DNA of 64,000 nucleotides. Origin: Trichoplax adhaerens. Its lineage: Eukaryota; Animalia; Placozoa. The notes beneath the pieces were generated by a model that was not told the DNA's origin, ran no database searches, and worked only from the letters and a program-made list of their open reading frames with translations. This document shows positions 1-15,275 of the stretch, piece after piece (the stretch's first letter is position 1; each line of letters starts with the position of its first letter). The DNA lies in assembly GCF_000150275.1 (NCBI RefSeq), contig NW_002060948.1, positions 4,448,336-4,512,335 of the forward strand, written 5' to 3'. The translations under genes and the position numbers were made by a program.

Positions 1-112
1 TATTTTGACTACTAGTCGAAATATATATTAATATCTTAAAAAGGATTACTGCATACAATAGCTGCTTCATTATCGTAAAATTTATTATTACTTGGCAATC
101 ACATTGTAATAG

Positions 113-3586
<3,474 letters not shown>

Positions 3587-4531
3587 ATAATTAGTTAACC
3601 TTAATAATAATGCGATACATGAGACGTGAAGGGCGGATATCTTTAATCTACGTTAGATTTTCGAAAGTATTACATATCCCGTTTAAGTATGTTGGACTCA
3701 TTTTAAGGGTGACTTTCATAAAAGGTCATTAAAATTATCAATGACTGTACTCTTACAACAAAATTTAGATTATAAGATATTCGGCCATTCACTAGTATAG
3801 TGTTAATTAATCCAATTTCATTCCATACCAAATTGGGAATACTTTCAACTTATACTGTAAGTATTCATTGGGGCTCAAGCATTTACTAAGAATAACGTTT
3901 AGGTCTTTTACTTCTACATTTAATTTTCAAACGCGTATTGTTATTTTAAAATCTAAATGGGCAAATGAATGACTTCAGATTGAAATCGAAGTTGTATTTT
4001 GGTTAATGTGTATCATATAGAACCTAATTTTAGTTTTGTGATATTTTATTTAAAATTGTCTCGCAAATAATCGCATTTTTTAAACAAATAAGGCCCGTTA
4101 CAGATTTTCTGTGTTAAATTTTATTTGGTGTAGGATTTATTGTTTGAATGATAGTCATCCAGAATTCTTATATAGCTCCATTATACACCTAGGCGTATAC
4201 ATACCTGTAACTTTTTCAAAAATTTTATCGAAGCTGATTTTACTTTGGAATCTTTTTAAATAATTCTTGGATGCAATATATGGAATACAGCTAAAAAAAT
4301 TCAATATGGTATTGGTATACAGATAGGACCACAATAAAATTCAGTTATCGAGTAAATGTTACAGAAGGACAATGTTTCATTAAAAAATTTGCTCTCAAAA
4401 TTGGATTGAAAGGTGGTCATCATTATTCATTTACGTATGCAATGTTATTGTATTACATCTGAGCCAAATAATCCACTACATAATTTTTTAAAGCATTCAA
4501 TAATAGCAAAATAAGACTCTTGCCACTCAAT

Positions 4532-7500
4532 TTAATCCCTATACCACCATTTATACATATGGGATAAAAAATCGTAGCAGCCAAGTGCTGCGATAACTAT
4601 GAGAACATAGACAATGGAAGAACCAGGAACGGAATCCTTCGACTTAGATTTTGCCTTAACCTTTTCGGACTGAGTTGAGTTCTAGCGTGTATAATTTATA
4701 CGATTAATTTACTGTAGAATAGCCGTATGATATCAGCACTAGAACGCTATTTCGCTAGGATTAGAGATAAAAATTATTTAGCTATATTTAAAGTAGCCTA
4801 TGTAGATTAGCGAATATGAACAGTCTGAACTATCTAACTTTTCCAATTACAATAAAATTATCACAATATACATATATTACTTACTGTACTGTTGGCATCT
4901 TTTGCAGCAAATTCTTTCGAAGTAAGCGATAGGCGTGGCATATTTACAAGTGTTTCACGAACTACCCTCCCCATTAAGTAATGCTTTCCAGTTTCTATAA
5001 TATCCACCTCGACCGTTTTGCCTAGTAGATCCATATCCATAGGAACTAACACCTGAAGGTTATAAATTATGAAGTAATGAATACTATTTTTCGAATTTTA
5101 AGACTTTTAATGAATAAAGTACTACATCCGTGGAATTGGAATAAAATAGTTAAAATGTTTAACTTAGACAGATTACATAGAGGTAATGAAATGCGTAAAC
5201 TTACTTGATCATAAAATTTATTATGACCGACGAAATGATTACCATCGTGAGATAATTCCGTTATTAGAATTCTTTGTCTCTCTCCTAGCTGCAAATTTAA
5301 TAGAAAAAAACGCACATATTGGTGTCATTCGAAAATATCCGTAATAGCTTTATATTTTGTGTCTGAAATAAATGAATAACATCCAATGAAACCTTGTGAT
5401 CGTACGGACGGTAAGACTTGAATAACTGCGTTAATTCACGAGACCTATTCTTGACTTCTTCCGTCGGTATACGTTTCATTTTTGCTGCGGGTGTACCAGG
5501 TCGGGGATAAAATTGATTGATAAATACACTTGGAAACTTGTGACGTTCAATCAAACGTAAGGTTTTCGCAAAATCCTAAAACGTAATAAAAGGTAACTTC
5601 ATTAGAAAAAGAATGCATAACATGAAAATTTGCATCCAAATGTATAAACTAAAAGCCTACATCTTTCTCTTCAGTCGGAAATCCACAAATTATGTCAGTT
5701 GCAATAGTAATACCAGGTACTCTACATTAATGTAAACAGGATAATTATTAATCTTATAGTCATTGAGTATTGATATAAAAACGGTATCGTAATATAATGT
5801 GTAGCAAATATAAATCTATGGTGGGAGGCCTTACTTGTCACTTAAATAATTCACAACCTTCTCAAAATCAGTAACAGTATATTCCCGACGCATATCGTAT
5901 AGAACTTTGTCCGACCCTGCTTGGACAGGTACGTGAAGGAATGAGTATACACGAGGATGAGATAATATCTTAGCCATTTCCTGTGAAATAGAAATGTGAG
6001 CGTAGAAGCTTAGCTAATCAATTAACCGAAGGATGCAGATATACTGTACAAATTACGTCGATAATATTACTTCTAGATGTTCAAGGATATAGGGTGGATT
6101 GGTCATTCCAATTCTTAACATAGCACCGTCAGGTATGACTTTGACCAACTGCCATAGTAAATCCGGTAACGAGACGCCGATATCAATTCCATAAGCGCCT
6201 GTATCTTCGCTAGTTATCCATATTTCAGCAACTCCTTCTGCAATTTTAGAGCGATGTTTTATGAGAATGTAGCTATTGACAATGTTATAACTAAAACAAT
6301 AGCTCATTGGTCTTCCTAAAATTTGCTTAGTTAATTCTACGCTACCATTGAAGGCAGTTTTTGCTCTTTCGACTATATCCTCGATGGGATAGCTTCCCAA
6401 ATCTCCCCTTGCATGTTTTGTCTTGCAATAAGTGCATGCATTAAGGCATCTGTAAATTTGATCAGGAGTAATATCCTAAGAAATGATTTTATGATCTTAT
6501 ACGATAATTATTGCACCATATTAATGCGAGCAGATGATTCGATGTTTCTTTAAATTTCACGTAAATGAAGGTATCTTACTTACCCTGTATTTATAGCAAT
6601 GATCTCTACCAGTGGATTTTTTCGAATTTTAGGTAGATTCAAAGGTGCACCACCCAATTTTTTTCCATTCTTTCTTTTCTGTCCAAATAATCTAACTGAA
6701 TGCCCTATTCGATGAAAAGTAATATCAATGGGATTTGAGATATAATATTATGAAATTATCATTGACGATCTGTTAAGTCAATATAAATCAATCATTTCGA
6801 AATGATTTCTAGATTGTCCTATTCAATGCCATTACAGACGCAGGAAGTAAAATTAATGAAGATAAATATACAGTACCTTTCAATGTTTCTTCAACTACTT
6901 CAACTACGCGGTCAATTTGTTGAACCTAATTTGGTTATGGTCAGTTACACGTATGTCAATGTAAAAATCTTTTAAGGTACTGCATACGTTATTAGTAAAA
7001 GGTATAATAGGTTTGCGTAGCAAAGAAATTGTCGTATACAAATTCAAATAGTGCATGTTTACCCCTACTACACTTATACCATCCATTAAGGGGTGCCTTT
7101 TTTGACCTTGAGGAACACAACCGGCCAAAACCAGATACTTTTTTAACTCCTTCGCCTTACGAATATCATTATAAAAGCTGTCTTCAGCTGGATTTTTGAC
7201 AGCGCAGCTATTCAACAACCATAAATCAGCTTCTTCTGGTATTTCTGCGTACGAATATTTCAATAATACCATGCAAGTGCAAACGAAAGTGGTAAACATC
7301 AGACAACGTTAGCAAGGAGAAGATTAATATTTGGAAGATATCAATTACCCTCAGAATCAAGATTACAAGAAGTGATATTGTACGTACTGTACTTCTACTG
7401 TATTTAACGAGAAGGAACTACGTAGATGCAAGATGCTCCTTGGCACCTCGTTCATCACTATAAGATACAAAATTGACAGCAAACTTCCCTATCGATTTGG

Positions 7501-7992
7501 TACGTCAGTGAATTATACATCTACTATCTATTCAATGTGTAATATTTGCTAACTAAACAAGTAAACATTAGAATATGTACTTCGGAATATTAGTGCTATA
7601 CATATGTTTATACGCGTAGATTATAGTACGTACGCGTATTCTAGTTTATCGATATGACCTCAGCATGCATACAACTATCTCAATATCCTACCAGTGATTT
7701 TATATCCATAACTGCTCAATTGACCGGCCATATATTCACCATCAGATTTGTTATGTGAACATCCCCAAGTACGGATGTAGATACCTTGTGTTCCAGGGAT
7801 GATACTGTCTCCAACAGCTTTTTCATCCACCTCAACATTGGAATCGCTCTTACCTTGCCGTTTAGATGGACGCGATCGCAATTTCACATTATTTCTTGAT
7901 ATTTTTGATCTTACATCAACAGAATACGATTCCTCTTTGGAGATTAAATCTTCGATATCTTCTACTGCGTTCCTTTGGCTATCTACGGACAT
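4532..7992 (-). CDS. CDKAL1: tRNA t6A methylthiotransferase (radical SAM, tail-anchored), multi-exon
   Basis: ATG 7992. Exons give [34 protein letters not shown], the radical-SAM motif [36 protein letters not shown] and a TRAM-like region. Last exon 4681-4532 encodes a hydrophobic tail anchor [29 protein letters not shown]. Confidence 0.95.
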
Positions 7993-8169
7993 TTTAAGTG
8001 AAGTTTTGCCCTAAGTAATTTACATGTTATGCAGTCCACTTGTTCCAAAATGTGGAAAAGAATGCCGAAAGGAATTCGCTGCAGTAGTTTGCCTTGAGCT
8101 TCGGTGCAGCGGAAGAGATTGTAACCGACAGTACAGAGAGCAAGCTGGTTGGCCAGATACCGCTACAAT

Positions 8170-8340
8170 TGCTACAGTACAGTACATTCATTGTGCACAG
8201 TGGTCAAATGCTACAGTACCGTACAGTTTAATGCGTTGTACTGTACACTGTACACTGTACTGTATGTCTGTACCCTCCATCTGTACACTGCGCGAATAGA
8301 ATTTCCTATCCACTAGTGGTACGGTATACAGTACTGTAAA
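8170..8340. repeat. TACAG/TACTG low-complexity array, CDKAL1 side of the divergent promoter
   Basis: Dense tacagtac / ctgtacactgtac units in both orientations. Confidence 0.85.
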
Positions 8341-8347
8341 CCACTGC

Positions 8348-8624
8348 TACAGGGGCGTGGCAAGCCCTCTACAATGGTTGAAAGACGTTCAGCGTTGCCT
8401 TAAATATGTCTTTCAATTGTGAAGAAATGGACTTTAAATTTGGCTCGAATTCCATGTAGACAGATCTGTACAACCTTGAGCAATTGGCTCTTGATATTTT
8501 GATTACTTTTTATCGTACTATTGAATAATTCTATTTCTTTCAAGCTTCTAATACAAACTATCAGTCGCTGTTCCACGTACGGTCGCTCCAACCATTTTAC
8601 AAGTCAAGTCGTAATGCCGGTCTA
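8348..8624 (+). repeat. Dispersed repeat copy A (about 275 bp), class unknown, possibly a non-autonomous DNA element
   Basis: Aligns by eye to the reverse complement of 55791-56060 at roughly 80-85% identity, from AGGGGCGTGGC to CAACCATTTTACAA..GTCGTAATGC.GGTCTA. Confidence 0.85.
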
Positions 8625-8720
8625 CAGTACTGTACTGTACTGTACTGTATACTGTACAGTACAGTATATAGACTCTACAGTGTACTGTACTGTATAGTAT
8701 ACTGTACTGTATGTACTGTT
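8622..8720. repeat. TACAG/TACTG array, sirtuin side of the divergent promoter
   Basis: cagtactgtactgtactgtactgtatactgtacagtacagta... ending about 60 nt before the sirtuin ATG. Confidence 0.9.
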
Positions 8721-8778
8721 TTGTTGATTAAGGTTAATTAATTCTAACAAGCGATAAGAACAATTCTACCATAGTAGT

Positions 8779-9795
8779 ATGATGGCGAACCAGGAAAGCG
8801 TTGAGGATAGCTTAGGAAAATTATATTTATCCCAAGAAGGTGATGATAACTCAAAGTCGACGAAGGAGGACAATCTTGAATCTATTGCCCAATTGATTAA
8901 GTCGAAAGAATGTAAAAATATCATTGTTATGACTGGAGCTGGCTTATCAACTGCAGCTGGTATTCCCGATTTTCGATCACCTGATATTGGATTATTTACC
9001 AAAGTGATGCAAAAATATCAAGTGACAAGCCCGGAATTGGTGTTTAGTATCGATTATTTTCACGAAAATCCATCTGTATTTTATGAAATGTCTCGTGGAA
9101 TGACTGAAACAGATTATAAACCTACCATAGCTCATTATTTCTTAAAGTTATTAGCTGATAAGAATTTACTCTTGCGACATTATACACAAAATGTTGATGG
9201 ATTAGATTTAGCAGCCGGTTTATCCGAAGATAAAGTGGTCACCGCTCATGGTACTATGTACACCGCACATTGTACAACTTCGGAATGCCATACCAAGTAT
9301 ACTTTGGAATGGTTGAAACAACAATTATTAAAAACTCCAGATATTACCGTACCACGTTGTGATAAATGTCAGGGCGTAATAAAGCCCGATGTTGTCCTTT
9401 ATGGTGAACAGCTGCCAAATAAATTCTTTACTATGCGATCTGCTGATTTCCCAAATTGTGACTTACTGATTATAATGGGAACTTCGTTGAAAGTCGAACC
9501 GTTTGCATCGTTAGTTGAACACGTTCCAGAGCATGCTCCACGCTTGTTGATCAATTTAGAAGAAACTGGCCAAGATCATGGTATGTTTAGTCGATCACCT
9601 AGTCAAATTGGTGGAATGGTTAAGCACCTTCTTGGATGGAATTCCAATCGGAAAGATATATTTTGGAAAGGAAGTTGTGATGATGGTTGCTTGAAACTTG
9701 CAGATTTACTTGGTTGGAAGCAGGAGTTGTTAAAGTTGAAAGAAGACCAACAAAAGAAACCAAGCCAAGATACTCTACCGAACGTTAAATTGTAA
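8779..9795 (+). CDS. SIRT2: Class I NAD-dependent deacylase, SIRT2-like, intronless (338 aa)
   Basis: GAGLSTAAGIPDFRSP, HYTQNVDGL, catalytic His in AHGT, Zn ligands CTTSEC and CDKC, GTSLKVEPFASL, PRLLIN, and a SIRT2-like tail GSCDDGCLKLADLLGWKQEL. Confidence 0.9.
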   Translation: MMANQESVEDSLGKLYLSQEGDDNSKSTKEDNLESIAQLIKSKECKNIIVMTGAGLSTAAGIPDFRSPDIGLFTKVMQKYQVTSPELVFSIDYFHENPSVFYEMSRGMTETDYKPTIAHYFLKLLADKNLLLRHYTQNVDGLDLAAGLSEDKVVTAHGTMYTAHCTTSECHTKYTLEWLKQQLLKTPDITVPRCDKCQGVIKPDVVLYGEQLPNKFFTMRSADFPNCDLLIIMGTSLKVEPFASLVEHVPEHAPRLLINLEETGQDHGMFSRSPSQIGGMVKHLLGWNSNRKDIFWKGSCDDGCLKLADLLGWKQELLKLKEDQQKKPSQDTLPNVKL

Positions 9796-12258
9796 TCGTA
9801 TTTCGTATATAATACAACATCGTACTTTCCTTGGTCGTGATTTATTTCACTGTATTGCTTTAATCTTATTATTGCATATACAGTAAATATGAGATTTAAA
9901 TCATGCACGCACAGTGAGAACTAATGCCAGTTGCGTTAAATTGAAACAGTAGACTGAAATACTAGTAGGATTTTATTTTTAAGTTGATTGAATAGATTTT
10001 ATTACCTATTGCATCATATAGAACTATACATTCAAGTTTGGGTTACATCAACCGCGTCTAAATAAGTTTTCCTAACGTCTGCAAAAGGAACTTGAATAAA
10101 ATCTCAGATTAATTCATCAATGGCACCTCTAGATAGAATATTCGTACATACTAATGAAAGAGAAATACTGCATTTAAATGCGGTATTGATTATAGGCGTA
10201 TATTATTATTATTACTTTACAGGTGATTTTTATACTGATTTCTTATATCTTAGAAATAGTAATTTTACCATCTGCTATTATATATCTAATACTGTGATAC
10301 AGTATAATGTATGAATAACGATATCGGCTACATGTATGATATTTGTATCAACTATAGATTTTATGTTTCCATTTGATTTATTACGTTATCAATTATAATA
10401 AATGTACCTGCTATAAATGTAACTAATACAGTACGTATTTGTTACTGTATTTATAAAAGCTTAAAATGACACTTTTGCATTTGAATATCTACTATTGTAA
10501 TGATGTCATCTTGCAAATATTAATAGACTAAAATGAGATCAATAAATTCTTGAAAAATTTACAAACTTTTATATTCAAGTAAAAATTAGATGGTTTTAAT
10601 CAATCACAACTGAACGGAATACATTTCGTGTAAACTTAGCACGCAAGCATTGAACAGTTACCGCAAACTATTCCAGTTGAAGTGTAAGCAATTATTCGCA
10701 TATGTAATTCTTTAGTTAGATTGGCATGATTTTAAAGTGTAAAAATAACTTACTAAAAATTATTTGAGGAAGCAATCTGACTTAGTTAATCCTGTTTGTA
10801 TAGACAGCCGATACTTTGGCCATACAAAAATTGAGGCATACTTAGCTGTAGTCTCGCATCTAGTACCTACACATATGCAATTATAGTTAAGTAACATTCA
10901 TTTCTAAGACGAGAATTATTTACAGTTTAGCGAAATGAACCCCATTCACAATATTGCAAGACACCATAGCGACCGGTGTATAAAAAATTGTAACTTCTTA
11001 ACATCAATTATTGAAATATGGTATAATTATGCCCGTATCCTGCTAATTTTTAAGAATGAATGATAACATGTTTATATAGCGCTTTCCATCTTGTATGAAT
11101 GTTGTAATTTAACAGATCATTGCACTATCGGAATTACCAAGTATCCTGAAGTATTAAATCATTGAAAATCACCTCCAATACAAAGTAGAATTACGCTTAT
11201 AAAACATAACAATGTTTGCATTTAGGTCGACCACATGTTACAATCTGTGTGACAAATTATCACGATAAGCTTATTCGAAATGACAATAGTAAAAGATCTT
11301 GATTTTGTTTTAATTTATCATTTATGAAAAAGCATGCTTATAATATAGCCTTTCAGCGAATTTAGTGACAGGTGAATATATTTTCGTTACAATATAATGA
11401 TAATACTTTGAATCTTTTTCTTCAGGTTCACAGCTGGTTATACTATCTAGCAAAGATTTACCGTTATGTTAGATATATGTATCTTTAAGACAGCTGTGCG
11501 TACACTGACTGGCGTTCAAGCTTTTCACATCAAAGCGTTACTTATAACCAATTAAGTTAGCTATGCTATTACAAGTACATTACTTGTGTCCTATCCTTAA
11601 TAACAATCATAATCCAGAAAGACGTTTTACAGTAAAAATGAAGCATATTAAATACTCAACATCGATCAGTTTTTCTTAAATTAGTAGTTGGCCACAGTAC
11701 AATAACTCATATTTGTGTAAGCACAACGAGAGCTCAATATTGATTTACATATTTCTTATGTTGATAGTTGCTCCTTAAAGAAGACAAGCAATAAGATAGC
11801 AATCTATTCTTGTGTTTACAAAATCTTACACCGTTTTTTGGCACAATATTAGAAATTCATTCGATAAGTAGTGATGAATATACAGTACCGCAAAATAAAA
11901 TCATCTTCCATATAGATTAAAAAGGATTGCATAAAAATGAGCTCCTACTATTACAAGCTGACAAAATTTTAAGCGATTACGTTCAATTACGGGAAGTTGA
12001 GAATAATGAATATCTAGGTGTGGAATCAGTTTTAATTTTGATTTCATATAAGTGTAACGTAGTTATAAATCTCTGATCTTGAATCCACATTATATCTATT
12101 TTTTTTAAATATCAAGAGCACTAAGTTCTTGAAGTAGCTGCGTGAAAGATTTCTGCAATAACCACATCGCAGCTCCTAACAAGGGGCTAAATTGATTTAG
12201 TAAGCAAGAATACAATTAACACTCGTTACAGTGACAGTAAAAATACTTTGCAAGACTG

Positions 12259-13053
12259 TTATTGGTCTTGATCTTTCTTTAATGTTTTTTCTCGTTTTAC
12301 TTTTTCTAAAAGGGACACAGCCATTTTCTCTGCTTCAGCATCTTTACGAATAATTGCATCCTGACGATGTTGTTCTAAGAATAGTTGTAATTGTTTATGA
12401 GGCCCGTTTTTGCGTGCAGTGTCAGTAATCTCTTTATGCAATGCGACGATTCGATTATTGTTGTCTTCTTTTCTTTTCCTAATGATCTCTCCGCCTACAG
12501 TGGCTATGAAATAATGTATAATTACACCGACTAGAGATATTCCACATAGCCACAAAACTACAATGTAATTTTTCGTTTTGAATATTTTTGGAGGCTTAGC
12601 ATAGGATTGTTGGCTATTATACCCTTGGAAATTGTTACGCCAGTAATGGGGTGGATAAGAGGTGATGTAATGATCAGGCGTACTATGCAACTTAAAATCA
12701 TAATCTTTACGAGTCGTTGGATCAAGCAGAGTGGTATATGCTTCATTTAACTTTACGAAAGTATCATGTTTTACTTTATCACGTGGATGCCAATCCGGAT
12801 GGCAATCCCTAGATTTCTTAAAATAAGCCGCTTTGATTTGTTCCTGATTGGCAAATTCAGAGATTCCTAATAGCTCGTAATGAGACTGCCGGTAAACCAA
12901 AGAAGAACGTAAATATCGAATGCAGACATACGAGATGGTATTACAGAGATGCCCTTTCAGTTGATATAAACTGGGCTGAAAGTATACGCCAAGTGTCCTT
13001 CGAGAGATACGTGTATTTACATTATTTATGAGATTTGGCAATCGAAGAAGCAT
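12259..13053 (-). CDS. DNAJC4: DnaJ subfamily C protein, DNAJC4-like (basic presequence, J domain, one TM helix), single coding exon
   Basis: Arg/Leu/Ser-rich N-terminus; J domain HYELLGIS...CHPD...HDTFVKLNEAYTTL...RKDYD; TM segment YIVVLWLCGISLVGVIIHYFIATV. Probable 5'UTR splice acceptor near 13069. The symbol is a best family guess (DNAJC30 is the alternative). Confidence 0.75.
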   Translation of the reverse strand: MLLRLPNLINNVNTRISRRTLGVYFQPSLYQLKGHLCNTISYVCIRYLRSSLVYRQSHYELLGISEFANQEQIKAAYFKKSRDCHPDWHPRDKVKHDTFVKLNEAYTTLLDPTTRKDYDFKLHSTPDHYITSYPPHYWRNNFQGYNSQQSYAKPPKIFKTKNYIVVLWLCGISLVGVIIHYFIATVGGEIIRKRKEDNNNRIVALHKEITDTARKNGPHKQLQLFLEQHRQDAIIRKDAEAEKMAVSLLEKVKREKTLKKDQDQ

Positions 13054-13739
13054 ATTGATTGTTTCTGCCTATTAAATGTGTCATTGCACCTTATATTACA
13101 TGGACAGTCGTAGTTATTGGTATGAATTATCGCCTAATTGCCTATCTTTGTTGAAGGAAAGTGATTTGGAGAATTTACTCTATGAAATTGTAGAGTATCA
13201 GATTATGTTCTAATGCAAAGTATACCAAAGTTCAAAATTCTTCATTGGCTGATCTTTCTCTATAGTATCGCATATCAATCTATCAATCATGAATAAGAAT
13301 ATATTTTCAATTCATTGACAGCAGGTATACTCGTATGAGAGTATTCTACAATCATACCATGCAAAATACGATTCTTCATTCCTACCTTAATATCCTAATA
13401 TTTTAATCATGCTCTAGGTCATTGTTGGAAGTAATTCTAGGTAATACGGTCATTTCCTCGCAAGTATACGATTGCAATGATACTAGAGAGCAAAATTCTC
13501 CCAGGTCGTCTTGATCTTTCCACCAAATGCTTGGTGATAACGTTGTCGGAAAGGACCGGCTTAGGCCGCCGTCAGGATGTTCATTTAACCTCAAGGAAGT
13601 GCTATGACTGACTAATGACTATGCAGTAGTATGTTGTCGCGAACACTCTGCACGTCATAATGCAATTACAAGAAATTAGTATTCAGCGAATGTTTCTATC
13701 TGTCAGGAGGCCTAAATCAGCACTTCAGCCACTACCCAC

Positions 13740-14215
13740 TGTCTACTGTATAGATGAACCGGTCCGAACCGGATCGTTCTCAGGTCTAGTCGTCTAGGTA
13801 CAGTACTGTACAGTAAACCTCTATGGTCCACCGTACCGTCACAGTACCGTGGTGACAGTGACTGACTGTACTGTACTGTAGACTGTACTGTACAGTGCAG
13901 TACAGTACTGTACAGTCCAATAAAGTGTACTGTACAGTACTGTATTTTACTGTACATTGTGCATGAGCGTACAGTTTACAGTACTTTACATTGTACATGA
14001 GCGTTACCCTGTGTACAGTACAGTGTACAGTACTTTACATTGTGCACAAGCGTACTGTACATTGTACAGTATACAGTACAGTACTGTACAGTACAGTACA
14101 CATTTGTTACAAGCTGTTGTACTGTACAGTACAGTACTGTACAATACAACTTGGTCTGGTACTGGATCAAAGTGAGTGAGTACAGTACTGTACACTGTAC
14201 AGTACTGTAGTTGTC
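13740..14215. repeat. TACAG/TACTG array upstream of the DNAJC4-like gene
   Basis: About 470 bp dominated by CAGTA/TACTG units, containing three copies of TACATTGTRCAYRAGCGT at about 13952-14053. Confidence 0.9.
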
Positions 14216-14459
14216 AGCCAATCCCTACAAGAATTTTCTCTTTAAAAATAAAGTCACTGAGTAGCACAGTTAAACAGTTAGCATCTGGCTAGCAAATAAT
14301 GATGAAATCCAAGCAGTGACATACTGCGCTGGTGATTGTTTGGTAAGGTCTGTACCAGAGATTTTCATTTATACCTACTGTATTTAGTATACTAAATCTA
14401 GTACAGCACCAGCAAGGACTACAAATATGACGGGAAGAAGTCCTGACACTGGCCATAGT

Positions 14460-14685
14460 CACCATACTGTACACTGTACAGTACACTGTACTGTACGTAC
14501 TGTACTGTGGGCTGAAACATACTGTACTGTAGGCTGAAACATACAGTACTGTACGTACTGCAGTACTGAAGCTACTGTACTGTACTGTGCAGTACTGTAT
14601 ACAGTACAAGAGCATAGTGAGGCTGAAGGATACAGTACTGTACTGTACATAGCATATACACTCATTGTACAGTAAGGCTGAAGCG
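14460..14685. repeat. TACAG/TACTG array upstream of PIK3R4, with four GGCTGAA motifs
   Basis: Same unit as the other arrays; GGCTGAA at 14510, 14532, 14621 and 14676. Confidence 0.9.
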
Positions 14686-14847
14686 ATTACTGTGGAATAA
14701 TATTCTGCGCCTTACGTCACATTAAGTCAAGTCAAGCATAGTGGTCATCCTGACATTTTGCTCAATTTTACCTTGGTCTTCAAGTCTCTTTTCCTATCTA
14801 TGACACAAGGAATCCACCATAATTGATTATAGGACTTTCAAGCCGAC

Positions 14848-15238
14848 ATGGGCAATCAATTGTCTAGTTTGGCACCATCCCAGATACTTTCTGTCGATCA
14901 CTATCTATCCGACCTACCGCAATATCATTATGAAAAAAGGTAACATTAGACAAATCGCAATGGTGGTCATTCTTGATGGCTATACAGTAATCTCGACTGA
15001 CTAATAGTACAAGCTAGACAAACAGGGCTAAAATAGATTACTTCTGTGAATAAATCGGATGCAATCAATAGCAAGTGCCAGTCAAGTGTTGTATTGATAT
15101 AAATCTATAAAATAGAAGTTAGAAATTGTCTGATAGAGGTAATCTTCAGCTAGGTATTCTATCCGTCTACTCATTGATTTAGTCAAAAACAGATTCCGAA
15201 GCCACTTTGGTATCGTCTACTACGAGTATATCAATGTT

Positions 15239-15275
<37 letters not shown>

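Noticed and set aside
8400-8591. 63 aa ORF inside the dispersed repeat as a transposase remnant
   Set aside because: Copy B has a frameshift and several stops in this frame, and there is no transposase motif.
13712-14665. Cluster of overlapping 60-110 aa ORFs rich in Y/C/T/V/Q/S (also 8024-8299 and 45676-46268)
   Set aside because: They are translations of the stop-poor TACAG/TACTG repeat in several frames on both strands, with no protein-like features.
13740-14685. CRISPR-like repeat/spacer appearance
   Set aside because: No constant-length direct repeat or regular spacers, no cas genes, and the context is an intron-rich eukaryote.
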